Source: Mobula birostris (taxonomy: Eukaryota). From it: a stretch of DNA of 64,000 nt. Both the position numbers and the translations under genes were made by a program. The stretch's first letter is position 1, and each line of letters opens with the position of its first letter. Location of the stretch: assembly GCF_030028105.1 (NCBI RefSeq), contig NC_092377.1:123398242-123462241 (forward strand), read 5' to 3'. Below, piece by piece: positions 62,055 through 64,000 of this stretch. The notes under the pieces are model-generated. The model saw only the letters and a list, made by a program, of their open reading frames with translations. It searched no databases and was not told the origin of the DNA.

Positions 62055-63265
62055 TAACTACCTCTTTTATACCCCTTCCCACTCTGCCACATGCAAAAAT
62101 GCCATTCTCTACTCCCAGTACCTCCGTCTCCGCCGCATCTGCACCCATTATGAGGTTTTTCGTTTCAGGACATCTCAAATGTCCTCTTTCTTTAAGGATC
62201 GTGGTTTCCCTTCTGCCGTCTTCAATGATGCCCTCACCCGCATGACGTATATTTCCCGCACTTCGGCCCTCACCGCATTCTGCAGCCACCACAACGGGGA
62301 CAGAGTTTCCCTTGTCCTCACCTACCACACCACCAGCCTCCGGATCCAGCACATTATCCTCCGCAACTTCCGCCACCTTCAACAGCACCCCACCACTAAG
62401 GACATCTTTCCCTCTCCACCACTCTGAGCTTCCCGCAGCGATCGATCCCTCCGCGAGACCCTGATCCAGAATTCCCTCCCCACGGATCTCCCACCCAGCA
62501 CTTATCCCTGTAAGCGTAAGTGCTACACCTGTCCCTACGTCTCCTCTTTTGCCACCATTCAGGAACACAAACAGTCCTTCCAGGTGAGGCAACACTTCAC
62601 TTGTCAGTTTGTTGGGGTCATCTATTGCATCCGGTGCTCCCGGTGCAGCCTCCTCTACATCGGCGAAACCCGACGCAGATTAGGTGACAGCTTCGTCGAG
62701 CACCTCCGCTCCGTCCGCCACAACAGACAGGATCTCCCGGTTGCCGCCCACTTCAACTCTGCTTCCCATTCCCATTCGGATATGTCCTTACATGGCCTCC
62801 TCTGCTGCCATGATGAGGCTAAACTCAGGTTGGAGGAGCAACACCTCATATACCGTCTATGTAGACTCCAGCCTCTTGGTATGAACATAGAATTCCCCAA
62901 CTTCCGGTAATTCCCTCCCCGTCCCTTCCCCTATCCCTATTTCACTCTGCCTCCTCCCCCAGCTACCTATCACCTCTCTCATGGTTCCGCCTCCTTCTAC
63001 TACCCATTGTCTTTTCCCTTATTCCTTCTTTACCTTTTCTGCCTATCACCTCCCTGCTTCCCCACCACACCCCTTTTTCTTTCCCCTTACTGGTTTTTCA
63101 CCTGGATCCTACCAGCCTTTTCCTTCCTACCCTCCCCCCACCTTCTTTATAGGGCCTCTGCCCTTTCTCTCTTCAGTTCTGACGAAGGGTTCCAGCCCGA
63201 AACGTTGACTGATCGTTTCCACGGATGCTGCCCGACCTGCTGCGTTCCCCCAGCGTATTGTGACT
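62055..63265 (+). mobile_element. 5'-truncated Penelope-like element (second family)
   Basis: GVIYCIRCSRCSLLYIGETRRRLGD..EH GIY-YIG (62584-62910), pyrimidine-rich 3'UTR, terminal repeat. Confidence 0.9.
63173..63212 (+). ncRNA. Minimal hammerhead ribozyme motif (second PLE family)
   Basis: TCAGTT-CTGACGA-A-GGGTT CC AGCCC-GAAA-CG-TT^GACTGA. Confidence 0.68.
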
Positions 63266-63521
63266 GAAGTGTTCTTTTGTCTTTATGCTGTAGTTCTTTT
63301 GCCGGGGTACTGACTCATTAGCTGCTGGACCTTCCAGACACAGGTCTGTTTTGAATATAATCAATTGAAACGCCTTAACTGCATGCAACTCTCCAAAAAC
63401 GTATCTCCATTTAAGTAGTCATGTGACTTCGAAATCCAAATGTCTACATCCGTGATGATTTGGTATGTCATATTAAAGAGGAGTGAATACTTATGCAATC
63501 AATTATTTTGTGTTTTATATC

Positions 63522-64000
63522 TGTAATTGAAACACCCTGGTTTCATTGCCTGCGGAAGTCTCAGGAAGACAACCTCCGACCCCGCCAAACTCGCGAGACT
63601 GAGGCAGGCTCGATCCCACCCCAAGTCCCGGTCTGTGCATTGGCTGTGCAGTTTGCTACCCTGTTGCAATTTAAAGCCACAAATTAAGAGAGAGAGTATA
63701 CTGCAAAAGTTTAAAGGAATTATATTTATGAAACTTAACTAGAAGGTTAGTAAAGAATAACAAAAAGAAAAGCGGCCATTCTACATAAATTGAAACACAC
63801 AATCGACTGCATCATTCCTCAGGACAATCACACAACATGCAAGGAAACCGATCCCAGATGATACCCCTACAATGAAACACCCTGTTTACTTTGGCTGCGT
63901 AAGTCCAGGGAAGACAACCTCCGGCCCCACCAAACTCGTCAGATTGGGGCACACTCGATCCCACCCAAAATCTCGATTTGTACGGATGCTGTGTCATTTG
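63522..64000. repeat. Probable LTR-like element with ~100-bp internal direct repeat, running off the window
   Basis: Starts TGTAA; 63529-63630 repeats imperfectly at ~63875-63975. Confidence 0.45.

Noticed and set aside
1-64000. CRISPR arrays, rRNA, prokaryotic operons or defence systems
   Set aside because: Sequence is vertebrate repeat-rich DNA; no repeat-spacer arrays or such genes seen

Overview
Vertebrate genomic DNA, most likely from a cartilaginous fish such as a ray or shark (inferred from the repeat landscape: dense CR1 LINEs, HE1/V-SINE-like and CORE-like SINEs, Penelope-like elements). Most of the window is transposable-element sequence. (1) One host gene could be assembled by hand on the minus strand, about 49051 to 32069: a 3-Ig Siglec-like receptor with signal peptide, V-set domain carrying the sialic-acid-binding Arg, two C2-type domains, an uncharged TM helix and an ITIM-bearing tail. 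The last two exons are tentative. (2) A complete but decayed class I (epsilon-like) endogenous retrovirus, 18635-28385 on the minus strand, with a 4-bp TSD, tRNA-Ser PBS, in-frame gag UAG/pro junction and gamma-type env. Its pol carries an extra 2H-phosphoesterase-like domain (HCT...HIT) between protease and RT, a candidate nucleotide-messenger-degrading enzyme. (3) Two full-length CR1 elements (one nearly intact) and a divergent CR1. All three end ORF1 in the slippery heptamer T TTA AAC directly followed by the stop, and in both full-length copies ORF2 lies in the -1 frame, suggesting programmed -1 frameshifting. (4) Penelope-like elements with minimal hammerhead-ribozyme motifs, including head-to-head and palindromic insertions with 13-15 bp TSDs. 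(5) A solo LTR, Tc1, Vingi-like and Rex1 fragments, SINEs and a ~1.95 kb intronic tandem duplication. All calls were made by eye; no searches or alignments were run.
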